Shown: piece after piece, positions 47,861 through 57,227 of the stretch
Layout of the letters: the number at the start of each line of letters is the position of its first letter
Position numbering within the stretch: position 1 is the stretch's first letter
Source of the DNA: Candidatus Latescibacterota bacterium
Lineage (GTDB): Bacteria; Latescibacterota; UBA2968; UBA8231
Direction of reading: 5' to 3'
Length of the DNA stretch: 64,000 nucleotides
NCBI GenBank assembly: GCA_965261395.1
Contig: OZ253462.1
Span: forward strand, 5,664,001-5,728,000
Notes under the pieces: generated by a model
Told to the model about the DNA's origin: nothing
What the model saw: only the letters and a program-made list of their open reading frames with translations
Database searches by the model: none
Program-made: the position numbers and the translations under genes

Positions 47861-49582
47861 TCAATAAACTATTGGGACAATTTTCGTCTTACTCTCGGAT
47901 CCTGAATCTGCATCAATTTCCACTCGCACCAAGTAGATTCCGGGCGGTACCTTGGCACCGCTCTCGTCCGTTCCATCCCAAGCCCTTTGGTATCTCCTAC
48001 TGGGATCCAACCCTGAATAGATCGCCGTTACCCGTCTTCCAGCAAGATCGTATATATCCACTGAAACCAAGGCGCCACCCGTCAGGTTGACGATGTCGTA
48101 GGTCACGAGGACTTCGTCATTTAGGCCATCGCCGTTGGGAGTAAAAGGGACGGGAGCCACTTCCATGGAATGAATGAGGTCTTTGCCCACCGAGATCTCG
48201 ACCGAGAGGTCATCTCCCTGCGCCTCGAAATCAGAGGCTGCATCTCCCTCGGTGACTACTTGGGGCAGATTGTCTGGTTGTTGGCTATCGGAGATTCTGC
48301 CGGCAAAAAAGGTATTGTACTGCAAAGCCACGTTCTCAAAGACCACTCGCAAGGTGCGGTTCCCCACAATCCGGGGGAAGCCAATTTGAACCCCGTCGTC
48401 TGTATCCGCCTTTTCCCATTCGACATCGGTTCCGTCTATTTGCACGGATCGCACTACATCTACCGGTGCCATCGTCTTTAGTTCGAGACGGTTAAAGCCG
48501 CGGCTGTTGACGGTTCTCACGGCATAGGTAAAGGGGGTATTCTGCCCGATCAGAGCCCTTTGGGGCCATATCTCGCCCACTAGCGAGTCGGCTAGGGCAG
48601 GAGACACCGCAAAGGCGAGGGAATCAACGGTCGCCGCGGCTAGGATTTCGCTGGTCTTAAGGAGTAAACGGAACTGAAAAAAACGACGCGGGGCTGGTGA
48701 TTCAATAGCCGTGTGGACTCCGGCAGGGTAAGGGGAGGACCAAGCGCTCCAAGACAGCGAATCGCTGGGATCTGGTGTGTTGCCACTCCGGGTCGATAGG
48801 ATGGCATCCGTTTTTGTTGGTTCGCCGATGCTCCCCTTGGCCCATGTTATGTCGCCAAAGATAGCGGGCTGTTCTCGATCGAATACTCTTGAGATATACG
48901 ATGCTGTAGAGGCAAAACCCGCACCAAAGACTTGAAACTCGTCAATCTCCCACTCCCCGCGCACTAGTTGTTTCACCTCTATGAAACGAACAAACTGCAG
49001 GGGGACGTCTAGGTCAACGATCGGTTTGAGGTTGCGTACCTCGGCTTTGAAAACCTTGAAATCCGGCGTCCCGGCTAGGGTTTTCTGTTCCTCACTGCCG
49101 TCGTTCAGCAGCAGTTCATAGCCTTTCAGAAAAAACTCTTCAAATCCCTGGCGCGGGAAAAACTTGATCCGATTGACTCCAAAGCGCTCGCCCAAATCTA
49201 TCCTGAAGATAACGCCTGTAGGGGAACCGCTCTTTACTTCAAAGGCCTTGGTCGTATCGCCGCTGACCATATGCGCCAATTGTTCATGTAAAAGACTTTG
49301 GGATATTCCGAGCACTATTCTCGCGTTGGGCGATGTTACGGCTCCTCCTCTTTCAAATACTTTCAGGACGATATTGTCTTCGGGACCTGTCTGAGCAGGC
49401 TGAATTTGGCCGGGGTTGGCGTCAAAATCGATAACCGATGTCTCGGAATAATGGCCATCCCACGCTAGGGTACCTGGACCGCCTCCAATGACTATCGTCT
49501 CCCCATAGCCTTGGGTCGGTACAAGTCCCAATAGACAAGAAAACGCTAATAGCGCTGTCCTGACTAAAGGTGGTTTGTTCAA
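47861..49582 (-). CDS. Secreted protein with C-terminal FTPNGDGxND / FlgD-Ig-like domain (paralog C)
   Basis: Signal peptide; DLG discoidin-like segment; WS.WS.PY, SP.PR.F; FTPNGDGLND...IYDLAGR...WDGTD..G..VPPGIY; start placed at TTG 49582 with GAGGA RBS. Confidence 0.8.
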   Translation of the reverse strand: MNKPPLVRTALLAFSCLLGLVPTQGYGETIVIGGGPGTLAWDGHYSETSVIDFDANPGQIQPAQTGPEDNIVLKVFERGGAVTSPNARIVLGISQSLLHEQLAHMVSGDTTKAFEVKSGSPTGVIFRIDLGERFGVNRIKFFPRQGFEEFFLKGYELLLNDGSEEQKTLAGTPDFKVFKAEVRNLKPIVDLDVPLQFVRFIEVKQLVRGEWEIDEFQVFGAGFASTASYISRVFDREQPAIFGDITWAKGSIGEPTKTDAILSTRSGNTPDPSDSLSWSAWSSPYPAGVHTAIESPAPRRFFQFRLLLKTSEILAAATVDSLAFAVSPALADSLVGEIWPQRALIGQNTPFTYAVRTVNSRGFNRLELKTMAPVDVVRSVQIDGTDVEWEKADTDDGVQIGFPRIVGNRTLRVVFENVALQYNTFFAGRISDSQQPDNLPQVVTEGDAASDFEAQGDDLSVEISVGKDLIHSMEVAPVPFTPNGDGLNDEVLVTYDIVNLTGGALVSVDIYDLAGRRVTAIYSGLDPSRRYQRAWDGTDESGAKVPPGIYLVRVEIDADSGSESKTKIVPIVY

Positions 49583-49607
49583 CCTGTTCCTCGCGGATCG
49601 TAGAAGA

Positions 49608-52259
49608 TCAGTAGGAGACATGTACTAAGCGGTAGTCCGAGGTGTTTCTACTCGATTTTGAATCGACCTTAATGTCGATCCTCAGCACATATATGCCAGG
49701 GGCCACCAAAGCCCCGGATTTATCGACTCCGGTCCAGACCACGGAATGACGTCCCGTGGTTATGTAGTCATCGCGCAGTTGGTGAACGAGATGCCCACCG
49801 AGATCGTATATTTTTACCTGTAACGGCGTTGATGTCTTCACCCGCATGAGTGAAAAACTCACAGCCATATCATCGTTGATGCCGTCGCCGTTAGGGGTGA
49901 AGATTTTATTTGTTACTTCGATATCCCCTAGGACAGCACCTCGTTCAAGGGCCAGAGTCACGGTTTTTTCGCTATCCGTGGTCTCGTTTGCATCGCCCGG
50001 GTCCACTCTTTGCCACGAATTGGGAATGGCAGAATGGCCGATAGAGCCATTGAAGAATGTGGTAAAATCGAATGTGGTCGCCGCGAACTGAAGCTCGACC
50101 AACGCGGCCCCGCCGGTCGTCTTGATGGGAGTGGGCAGACGCACCCAAAGCGAATCGGAATTACCGACTACGACCTCAAAGCCCTCGCTTTGGGCGGTGT
50201 AGGTTTGAGTCGGCTGCCCTGTGAGGTCCACATGGGCTTGATTGAATTTCATTTTGACGCCGGAGGGAGCTTCAATGAGAATCTCGTCAAAGCCCTCGTT
50301 GGCCGACTCGAAGGTCGTGCGGATGAAATAGGAAAACGATTGCTCAGCGCCAATCACCTCGAGTTGGGCGGGCAGCACCTCGCCAATAACTGTTTTGGCG
50401 ACTGGCGTTACAAAGTTGAGTTTCACCCAACGCAGTGTAGCCGCCGCGAGGGGATTTTCCGTGATAAAGGTCGCGCGGATGGCGACGAATTTGCGCGGAC
50501 TAGGCGAGGTGATTTTGTCTCCCGAACTGAAATAGCGTTGACTCCAACTGCTCCAATCGCTGCCCGGGTTGGTCTGGGTAACGACGGGTCCAACAGAGGC
50601 ATCCCCAAAGAACTTTTTGTCCGTAGCGTGAGCTTCCGCTGCTTCTTCTTCGGTGCCCGGAAACAACTCACCGTTCTTTTTATAGTAGAGCGTAGCAGTT
50701 TTGACCGTATTGCCGGTGCGGGTCTGAAGAATAATATCCGTACCCGGCGGTATATCCGCATCCCACTCTATAGACGCCAAATTTTGGGGAGTGGCCCCCA
50801 ATTCTATGAATGCCGAAGGCCCGTCAAAGACCGATTCGATCCGGGACTCGGGCATGTACCCTTCGCCGAAAAACTGAATCTCTGACAAGCCGTGGCGTCC
50901 GCCCCCTATATGGAGCTTATAGGTAAAAGAAAAATGCTCGGCTTTGGTGAGCGGGAACTTAAAATCGTGGTACGATTCACCCCCACTGATATGATCGAGC
51001 GACCCTACTGTTTTCCAGGCCAGACTCCCGCCGGCATTGGTGGAGCCATCTGAGACTTCAATGCGGTAGGCGCGAAAAGGCCCAGGGGGGCTACTGCTGG
51101 CTTGGAGTACGCGGATATTATCTAGGAAGAAGGCCCCTCCCAGATCCACTACTAAGGCACGCTCGACATCGGGCGGCTGCGAAGGCAGCAGCCTATCGGG
51201 ATTGTACCCCCCTTGAGCAGGCCAGTACAACGCCTTGTCTACACTATATATTACTCCGTCTACCACCACACCCTCAGCCCCGTTGTTTTCCCAACTCGTC
51301 ACCTTGCCACCCCGCTCCAGTACGCCAATCCCAATATTGTCGCCGATCGACCAGACTTCCACTTCCGCCAATCGAGGCAACTCGCGGCGGTAGTAGATGA
51401 TAGGGCCTTGACTGTCCTTGCCGGCCAAGGCATCCCAATCTTCGCGTCCCTCTAACAATCTCAGCCTGCCCGAGGTTTCTCGGCGGAAGTATTCTATATC
51501 GCCCTGTTGGTCGGGGTCGAGACCCTCGTAAGCGGACTGGGAAACTTGTCTTGCCTTGCCAAAATCGCTATCCGTGACGCCGACCGAGACGAATCTGATC
51601 ACATCGCCGGTAAAATCCCCGCGCACCTGTGTCCATTTGGTGGGCAACTGGCTGGTCAAATCGACTTCAAAGACTCGTTCATTCTTGATGGGCTTGTTCG
51701 TTGAGAAGCGTTTCCTGTACAAAAGCGGGCCGATGATCGTCTCCCCTTGAGAGGTGAGGACCTTGAATTGGAGAAAGGGGTCTCCCAAATCCTCCCCGAC
51801 AAACTTGAGGACGATCTTATTGGCCGATACGGCCCGCCCTAAATCGATTTGCACCCACCAATCCCTGAGAGGGGCGGAAGTGTCCGGCTCCCAGTAGGTG
51901 TCCATCCTGCCGTCCATCAGGTTTTCTGCGCTCAAGCGGTTGGAGCCGGCCTCCCATATCCCGCCGCCGAACTCGGAGGCATTCAAAACCGCGTTAATGC
52001 CGGGGACTACCTGTTCAGCACCATCTATTTCGAGCTTGGTGCTCTTGCGTATAAAGGCCGGTTTTACGCCTTCCTCGGTGATCTGGATGGTTTTTGCCAC
52101 CGACTGCCAACCAGCCCAGTGATCCCTGGACTCGATGATAGCCGCGCCGTCCCGGATAGAAAAGCCCTCTTGCCCCCAAGCCATTTCACCTAGGGCCATC
52201 CCACCTAAGAGACAGGCGGAGCTAGTGAGCACTAGCTTGAATGTTCTCTGCCATGCCAT
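49608..52259 (-). CDS. Secreted protein with discoidin-like segments and C-terminal FTPNGDGxND / FlgD-Ig-like domain (paralog B)
   Basis: Signal peptide; DG...TYWEP, IDLGR; DLGG.F; WSSWS; FTPNGDGIND...IYDLGG...W.G.D.SG..V.PGIY. Confidence 0.8.
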   Translation of the reverse strand: MAWQRTFKLVLTSSACLLGGMALGEMAWGQEGFSIRDGAAIIESRDHWAGWQSVAKTIQITEEGVKPAFIRKSTKLEIDGAEQVVPGINAVLNASEFGGGIWEAGSNRLSAENLMDGRMDTYWEPDTSAPLRDWWVQIDLGRAVSANKIVLKFVGEDLGDPFLQFKVLTSQGETIIGPLLYRKRFSTNKPIKNERVFEVDLTSQLPTKWTQVRGDFTGDVIRFVSVGVTDSDFGKARQVSQSAYEGLDPDQQGDIEYFRRETSGRLRLLEGREDWDALAGKDSQGPIIYYRRELPRLAEVEVWSIGDNIGIGVLERGGKVTSWENNGAEGVVVDGVIYSVDKALYWPAQGGYNPDRLLPSQPPDVERALVVDLGGAFFLDNIRVLQASSSPPGPFRAYRIEVSDGSTNAGGSLAWKTVGSLDHISGGESYHDFKFPLTKAEHFSFTYKLHIGGGRHGLSEIQFFGEGYMPESRIESVFDGPSAFIELGATPQNLASIEWDADIPPGTDIILQTRTGNTVKTATLYYKKNGELFPGTEEEAAEAHATDKKFFGDASVGPVVTQTNPGSDWSSWSQRYFSSGDKITSPSPRKFVAIRATFITENPLAAATLRWVKLNFVTPVAKTVIGEVLPAQLEVIGAEQSFSYFIRTTFESANEGFDEILIEAPSGVKMKFNQAHVDLTGQPTQTYTAQSEGFEVVVGNSDSLWVRLPTPIKTTGGAALVELQFAATTFDFTTFFNGSIGHSAIPNSWQRVDPGDANETTDSEKTVTLALERGAVLGDIEVTNKIFTPNGDGINDDMAVSFSLMRVKTSTPLQVKIYDLGGHLVHQLRDDYITTGRHSVVWTGVDKSGALVAPGIYVLRIDIKVDSKSSRNTSDYRLVHVSY

Positions 52260-52306
52260 GGCATTGGGTCTCCTATGTATTTACTCATCTGGGGGGCGAT
52301 TAAAAA

Positions 52307-54256
52307 TCAATAGGCCACGGCGATAACGCCGCTCTTGATGCCCTCTTCCGATTGGATATCTACCGCTATTCGATACAAGTAGAGTCCCGGGGGGACCAGC
52401 CGGTTGGAGCGGTCGGTCCCATCCCAAGGATGGGAATACTCTCCGATGGAAATGTCCCCGGCGTATATTTGCTTAACTAGCCGGCCGGACAAGTCGAAGA
52501 TTTCCACAGAGACTGGAACCTGAGATGTCACCCGCAAGAGCTTATAGGAAATATGCGTCACGTCATTGATGGCATCGCCGTTGGGCGTAAAGGGATTGGG
52601 CCCAATCTGCGGTGCAAATACCAGTGAACTGCTCAGCGATGTTTTCACTGAAATCCCGTCGCTCTCAATCTCGTCGGCGGCATTGCCCGGGTTGATGCGT
52701 TGACGCACCTCATTTGGCTCGGCGCTATTGAACACCTTACCAGTAAACAGCGTGCCCACTTCCCGCAGCACCGGTGCGTTGAACACCACCTCGATCAGGG
52801 CCCCACTGTCGGTCGGCTCTAGCTGACGCGGAAAGTTGATCTCAAAGCCTAGGCCGTCCGCAGTTTTCGCCCAGACAAAATCGTCGTAGTTGATGCCGTC
52901 TATGCGCAGCGAATCGACCGAAACCACCCCCGAGGGCGTGGAAATCTCCACCCCGTCAAAGCCCGCGTCGCCAGCCCGGATGGTCGGCCGGATGAAGTAG
53001 GTGAAATGCGTCACCTGCCCCACTTGGGTCTCGACCGGGAAAATTTCTCCCACCAAGCTGTGCACGGCCGGCGGCACCGAGGCCTTGAACTCGACATAAT
53101 CGATCTTGCCTCCATCCTCGACAGTAGAAGAGAAGTCCACTTTGAGCTGGAAGAATTGGCGGGGACTAGGGGAAACGATGCTGAGTCCCGAGTTTTCAAA
53201 CAGATAGGGACTGGACCAGAAACTCCAGTTTTCCGTATCGGGACTCACTCTATCCTGGGGTTTTACCGGCTTGAGAACGTCGAGTAGTTTGCGGTACCGG
53301 CTTTTGTACTCGTTCAGGGCTAAGTCGCCGCCGCCATCGAGAAATTGCACGCTATCTCGCTGCTCGGGTCTTAGCTGCCAAAAAATATCGGGATGTGGAT
53401 CTGCTCCCGTCCGGGTGCGGGTATCGACCCGGGCGTCCGGATCTTGCCGGCCCGACCAGCGAATCTCGCCCCAACTGGCCAGATCGCCCAATTCGATTAT
53501 TTCGGATTCATACGAGGCTCGCCCCAAGAAACCACCGCCGTAGAGTTCAAAATCGGCGAGCCCTATTTCCTTGGGTGTGTCGCGAAAAATCAGCAATTGG
53601 ACCGTTTGAGTCGATATCGGCGGGTCTAAAATTACGCTGACTTGAGGTTCGGTGTTTTCCTTTATTTCGGCTACGGTCGGGAGATTGGACATTCTGTTGC
53701 CAATATTGACCAGCCTACTATCGAGGGTGCCAATGGAGAGCCGCTCCACAAAGTGCTCTGGCTTTCCCGCCAGAGGGCGAAATCTCACTTCCTGGATGAG
53801 AAATCGCCCGCCTAAATCAAAAGTCAATTGTTCACTGAGGGTCCGCGCCGTGCCCACATGAAAACTCTCTGGAGCTACGGCTGGCCACGTAAGGGCCGTA
53901 GTCGAATCGCCATCGACCAGTACCTCTCCAATAAGCTGATTTTGATTGGCGAAAAGCCGCACCCGCACCCAGCCACCTCGGCTCAAGAGGGTTGCGGCGA
54001 TGTCCTCGTCCTCATCAAAGTAGTTGGGTTGCAGTGAACCCGCCTGCAAAGAGTCCAGCTCGAGGGCATCTTGCAGTTGGGAGGCCGACCAGTCAATTTC
54101 CCTGAAGTCGATGCCGAGGCCTGCAAGGCTGTCTTTTTCTGTTGTTGAAAAGGGGGTGCCAATTCTATAAACAACCACGCCGGAGGCATTTGGGGGCCAG
54201 AGGCCGACACCCAGCAAAGCGAGCAAAAGCAACCCTATTGACTTAGGTGGGACCAT
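52307..54256 (-). CDS. Secreted protein with C-terminal FTPNGDxIND / FlgD-Ig-like domain (paralog A)
   Basis: Start placed at ATG 54256 (MVPPKSIGLLLLALL); DLGGRF; WSFWSSPY; PNPFTPNGDAIND...IFDLSGR...WDGTD....VPPGLY. Confidence 0.8.
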   Translation of the reverse strand: MVPPKSIGLLLLALLGVGLWPPNASGVVVYRIGTPFSTTEKDSLAGLGIDFREIDWSASQLQDALELDSLQAGSLQPNYFDEDEDIAATLLSRGGWVRVRLFANQNQLIGEVLVDGDSTTALTWPAVAPESFHVGTARTLSEQLTFDLGGRFLIQEVRFRPLAGKPEHFVERLSIGTLDSRLVNIGNRMSNLPTVAEIKENTEPQVSVILDPPISTQTVQLLIFRDTPKEIGLADFELYGGGFLGRASYESEIIELGDLASWGEIRWSGRQDPDARVDTRTRTGADPHPDIFWQLRPEQRDSVQFLDGGGDLALNEYKSRYRKLLDVLKPVKPQDRVSPDTENWSFWSSPYLFENSGLSIVSPSPRQFFQLKVDFSSTVEDGGKIDYVEFKASVPPAVHSLVGEIFPVETQVGQVTHFTYFIRPTIRAGDAGFDGVEISTPSGVVSVDSLRIDGINYDDFVWAKTADGLGFEINFPRQLEPTDSGALIEVVFNAPVLREVGTLFTGKVFNSAEPNEVRQRINPGNAADEIESDGISVKTSLSSSLVFAPQIGPNPFTPNGDAINDVTHISYKLLRVTSQVPVSVEIFDLSGRLVKQIYAGDISIGEYSHPWDGTDRSNRLVPPGLYLYRIAVDIQSEEGIKSGVIAVAY

Positions 54257-54280
54257 ACCCAATCCTTTGGCAAGATTATT

Positions 54281-54311
54281 AAAAAAGGGGGCGAGGATGA
54301 CCTCGCCCCCC
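54281..54311 (-). terminator. Intrinsic terminator inside the operon, after the TAVE..SWG gene
   Basis: Minus strand GGGGGCGAGG-TCAT-CCTCGCCCCC followed by TTTTTT. Confidence 0.8.
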
Positions 54312-54341
54312 GAACTGCTCATTTTCTTTTACTTGTTCTCC

Positions 54342-55271
54342 TTAGCGGGAAAAACTCGCCTTGATATTCCCCCAGCTATCCGACTCGACGGCAGTGCCCA
54401 CATCTTCGCCCGCTACCCAGATGCTCTCATCAAAGGGAAGCAGGACATAGTCGACCATAGCGGTAGCTTTGAAGTAGATTTCCGTATCGCCGCTATTGGT
54501 CCAGTAGCCGTTGTACGAGCCTTCGGCGCCGTTGTCATCGTCCTGAACGGCAAAACCGATACCCATGATTTCGCCCGCCGCCATAGTGTGGACGATCACG
54601 TCTTCGTCCTCTATGCCCGCAGAACTGGTAGGCAAATCGTCGAAGGGAGTGAACCACATCTCCATGAAAAGGGTTCCAGCCCCGCCGTTGATATCGCCAT
54701 CAAAACTCCATTTCGCACCGGCATAAGGCTCGACCCCAGCCCACGGAGCTCCGCCCCAGAGCCACATGTGATTTTCTTGGTGCAGTTGATAGCGGTAATT
54801 CTGGGACAAAGCCCCTTCCCATCTTTCCGGATCCAAATCCGCCGATTGTACATTCTGGAAAATGGCATCGCCGCTGTGGTCAAAGTCCAACATCACCTCG
54901 ACCGTATCGAAATTATTTTCGATGGTCCCGTAAAAGAGGTCGTCGAATCTTTCCTCCATGAAATACAAAATGTTGGTCACTGGACTCCAGCCGAAAATGA
55001 TGCGCTCGGCTAGATTGGAAGGGTCGGGATCCCCTTGGGTGCCGGTGACGGTCTCGATCAGATCTTCATGGGTCACCCAGAAGATCGAAGGTACATTGTC
55101 CCATTCGCTGATGTCTCCGTCCATCTGGACATCTCTGACGCCATCGACGCCAATAGGCACCTGAACGGCGGCCCAGTTTCTGTCTGCCCGCAGGTGGGCC
55201 GAACTGGACGCGACCGTGAAAAAGACAAAACTCAATGCCAAGAAGCTATAACTCATTGCTCTACTCATCAC
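54342..55271 (-). CDS. Secreted acidic CBM9/DOMON-like protein with C-terminal TAVESDSWGNIK tail
   Basis: Signal peptide ending SSA-H; DGDISEW motif; D.VE...D.D.SG; G+GF...DDD; strong AGGA RBS. Confidence 0.7.
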   Translation of the reverse strand: MMSRAMSYSFLALSFVFFTVASSSAHLRADRNWAAVQVPIGVDGVRDVQMDGDISEWDNVPSIFWVTHEDLIETVTGTQGDPDPSNLAERIIFGWSPVTNILYFMEERFDDLFYGTIENNFDTVEVMLDFDHSGDAIFQNVQSADLDPERWEGALSQNYRYQLHQENHMWLWGGAPWAGVEPYAGAKWSFDGDINGGAGTLFMEMWFTPFDDLPTSSAGIEDEDVIVHTMAAGEIMGIGFAVQDDDNGAEGSYNGYWTNSGDTEIYFKATAMVDYVLLPFDESIWVAGEDVGTAVESDSWGNIKASFSR

Positions 55272-55463
55272 CTAAGATCCTTTCCTGGTGAGAAAACTGC
55301 TAAAACTGCTTTTTGAGCGGTTGATTGCTTAAAGGGTCTTTATCTCCTCCTTTCAAATAATTTTCAATGGCACGGTAAGCGAAGCTACGGAACAAAACAG
55401 TGAATACACAATTTTTGCAGGAAAACCAAAGTTATGATAAAAAGAAAGTAGCAAAAGATCAAG

Positions 55464-57212
55464 CTAATTGCTGGCTTTGGGGGGCCGGCGTTGATCGTTT
55501 ATGGTTTTATTGGGCGTGGCGCGACCTGAGCTGCCCTTTCCATCTAGGTGGACAATGCCCTCGCCCTCTTGAAGCACCACGAGTCTATTGGCAGAGAGAT
55601 TTGCAAACCGTTCTTCTAGGCCACTTGGCCAGCGCACTACCAACAAGTCTATGGCCTCTCTCTGTCCCAAGCCGAAATGGGCCCTCAAGTCATTGTGCGA
55701 AAGATAGCTAGCACCACTCCGGATTTCGGCGCTTTGCGTGAGTCCTCCACAGCGGACCTCAATCCTAGCTCCTATACCATCTCTGTTGCTTTCAGTCCCT
55801 ATAGTTTTGACCACCAACCAGTTGTTTGTATTGCCGCCGTCGTTGCGCAACAAAGTGGGGTAATCGTTTAGATTCAGGACAAATATGTCCAGATCCCCAT
55901 CATCGTCGTAATCCCCAAAGGAAGCCCCTCTGCTCACTTTTTTAATCCCCAAGCCCTCCCCCGCTAGCTGCGATACCTCGACGAAGGTGCCATCGCCCAA
56001 ATTTTCAAAGAGTTGATTGGTCTGGGCATAGCTAGTGCCTAGATTGGCCCTGTCCAATTGTGGAAAGAGGTGGCCATTGGCCACGAAAAGATCTTTATCG
56101 CCGTCGTTGTCATAGTCGAAAAACTCGGTGCCCCAAGCCAAAAACTGAAAACTCTCTTTGCCCACGCCGGCGTCAAAGCTGAGATCGGAAAAGAATGCGC
56201 CGCGGTCGTTGTGGTAAAGCGTATTGGTCTGCTCCCAGAAGTTGGTGACTAATATGTCTTGGTACAGGTCATTGTCGTAATCCCCATAGGCAATGCCCAT
56301 ACAGCCTTGAGCTTCGCCGCTTTCGCCATAGGCAGCACCGATCATCCAGCCGATATCGGCAAAGGTGCCATCGCCTTGGTTCTGATAAAGGAAATTGGGC
56401 CCAGTGTCGTTGGCCACATAGATGTCCACATCGCCGTCCCGGTCGTAATCGCCGCCGATCACGCCCATACCGTAGAGCTTATCTTGGTCCACCACCCGCG
56501 TCTCCGCGGTCACATCCGCAAAAGTCCCGTCGCCTTGGTTGCGATATAGGATATCCCCACCCCCCTTCATTCCACGAGGTCCGAAGTGAACCCTTAAGCC
56601 CTTCCATATATAGGACCTATTGGGAGTGGTCTGCAGAAAGTGCTTGAAATCGACGTAGTTGGCTACGTACAGATCTAGATATCCGTCGCCGTCGTAATCG
56701 AGGAAGGCGCATCCCGTGCTGAACCGCTCGTCTCCTACTTGGGCGTACTCGGTCACATCGACAAAAGTCCCGTCGCCTTGGTTATCGTACAGTACGTTCC
56801 TGCCGTAGTTGGTTATATAAATGTCCAAGTCGCCATCGTTGTCGTAATCGCCGACGGCGCATCCCATTCCCCAGCCTGCGTCGCCCAAGTTCGCTTCGTC
56901 GGTAGCATCGACGAATGTACCGTGCTCGTTTCTATAAAAGGTATTGCGCGGGTGCTCTTGGTCTGGAAATCCAACCACTTTCGACCCGTTCAAGATGTAC
57001 AAATCCAAATCACCGTCCTGGTCGTAGTCGAAAAAAGCCGATCCTCCCATCATGCTGTCGACCAAGTACGTCTGCTCGCTATCCCCGGAGACGTTCTGCG
57101 CCACAACCCCCACTTCCTCCGCTACATCCACGAATTGGACTTGCCTCTCTACTTCCCGTCCTTCGACGGCCAAGAGCCGTGAGGAAACGAGGATAAGAAA
57201 AAATAAATACAT
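55464..57212 (-). CDS. CRTAC1 / ASPIC-UnbV family FG-GAP protein
   Basis: Repeated DYDxDGDLD, ANGH.FPQ, SRGASFGD, SNRDGIGA, SYLS...HFGLG, RWPSG. Confidence 0.92.
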   Translation of the reverse strand: MYLFFLILVSSRLLAVEGREVERQVQFVDVAEEVGVVAQNVSGDSEQTYLVDSMMGGSAFFDYDQDGDLDLYILNGSKVVGFPDQEHPRNTFYRNEHGTFVDATDEANLGDAGWGMGCAVGDYDNDGDLDIYITNYGRNVLYDNQGDGTFVDVTEYAQVGDERFSTGCAFLDYDGDGYLDLYVANYVDFKHFLQTTPNRSYIWKGLRVHFGPRGMKGGGDILYRNQGDGTFADVTAETRVVDQDKLYGMGVIGGDYDRDGDVDIYVANDTGPNFLYQNQGDGTFADIGWMIGAAYGESGEAQGCMGIAYGDYDNDLYQDILVTNFWEQTNTLYHNDRGAFFSDLSFDAGVGKESFQFLAWGTEFFDYDNDGDKDLFVANGHLFPQLDRANLGTSYAQTNQLFENLGDGTFVEVSQLAGEGLGIKKVSRGASFGDYDDDGDLDIFVLNLNDYPTLLRNDGGNTNNWLVVKTIGTESNRDGIGARIEVRCGGLTQSAEIRSGASYLSHNDLRAHFGLGQREAIDLLVVRWPSGLEERFANLSANRLVVLQEGEGIVHLDGKGSSGRATPNKTINDQRRPPKASN

Positions 57213-57227
57213 ATAAATCAGCGGCCT

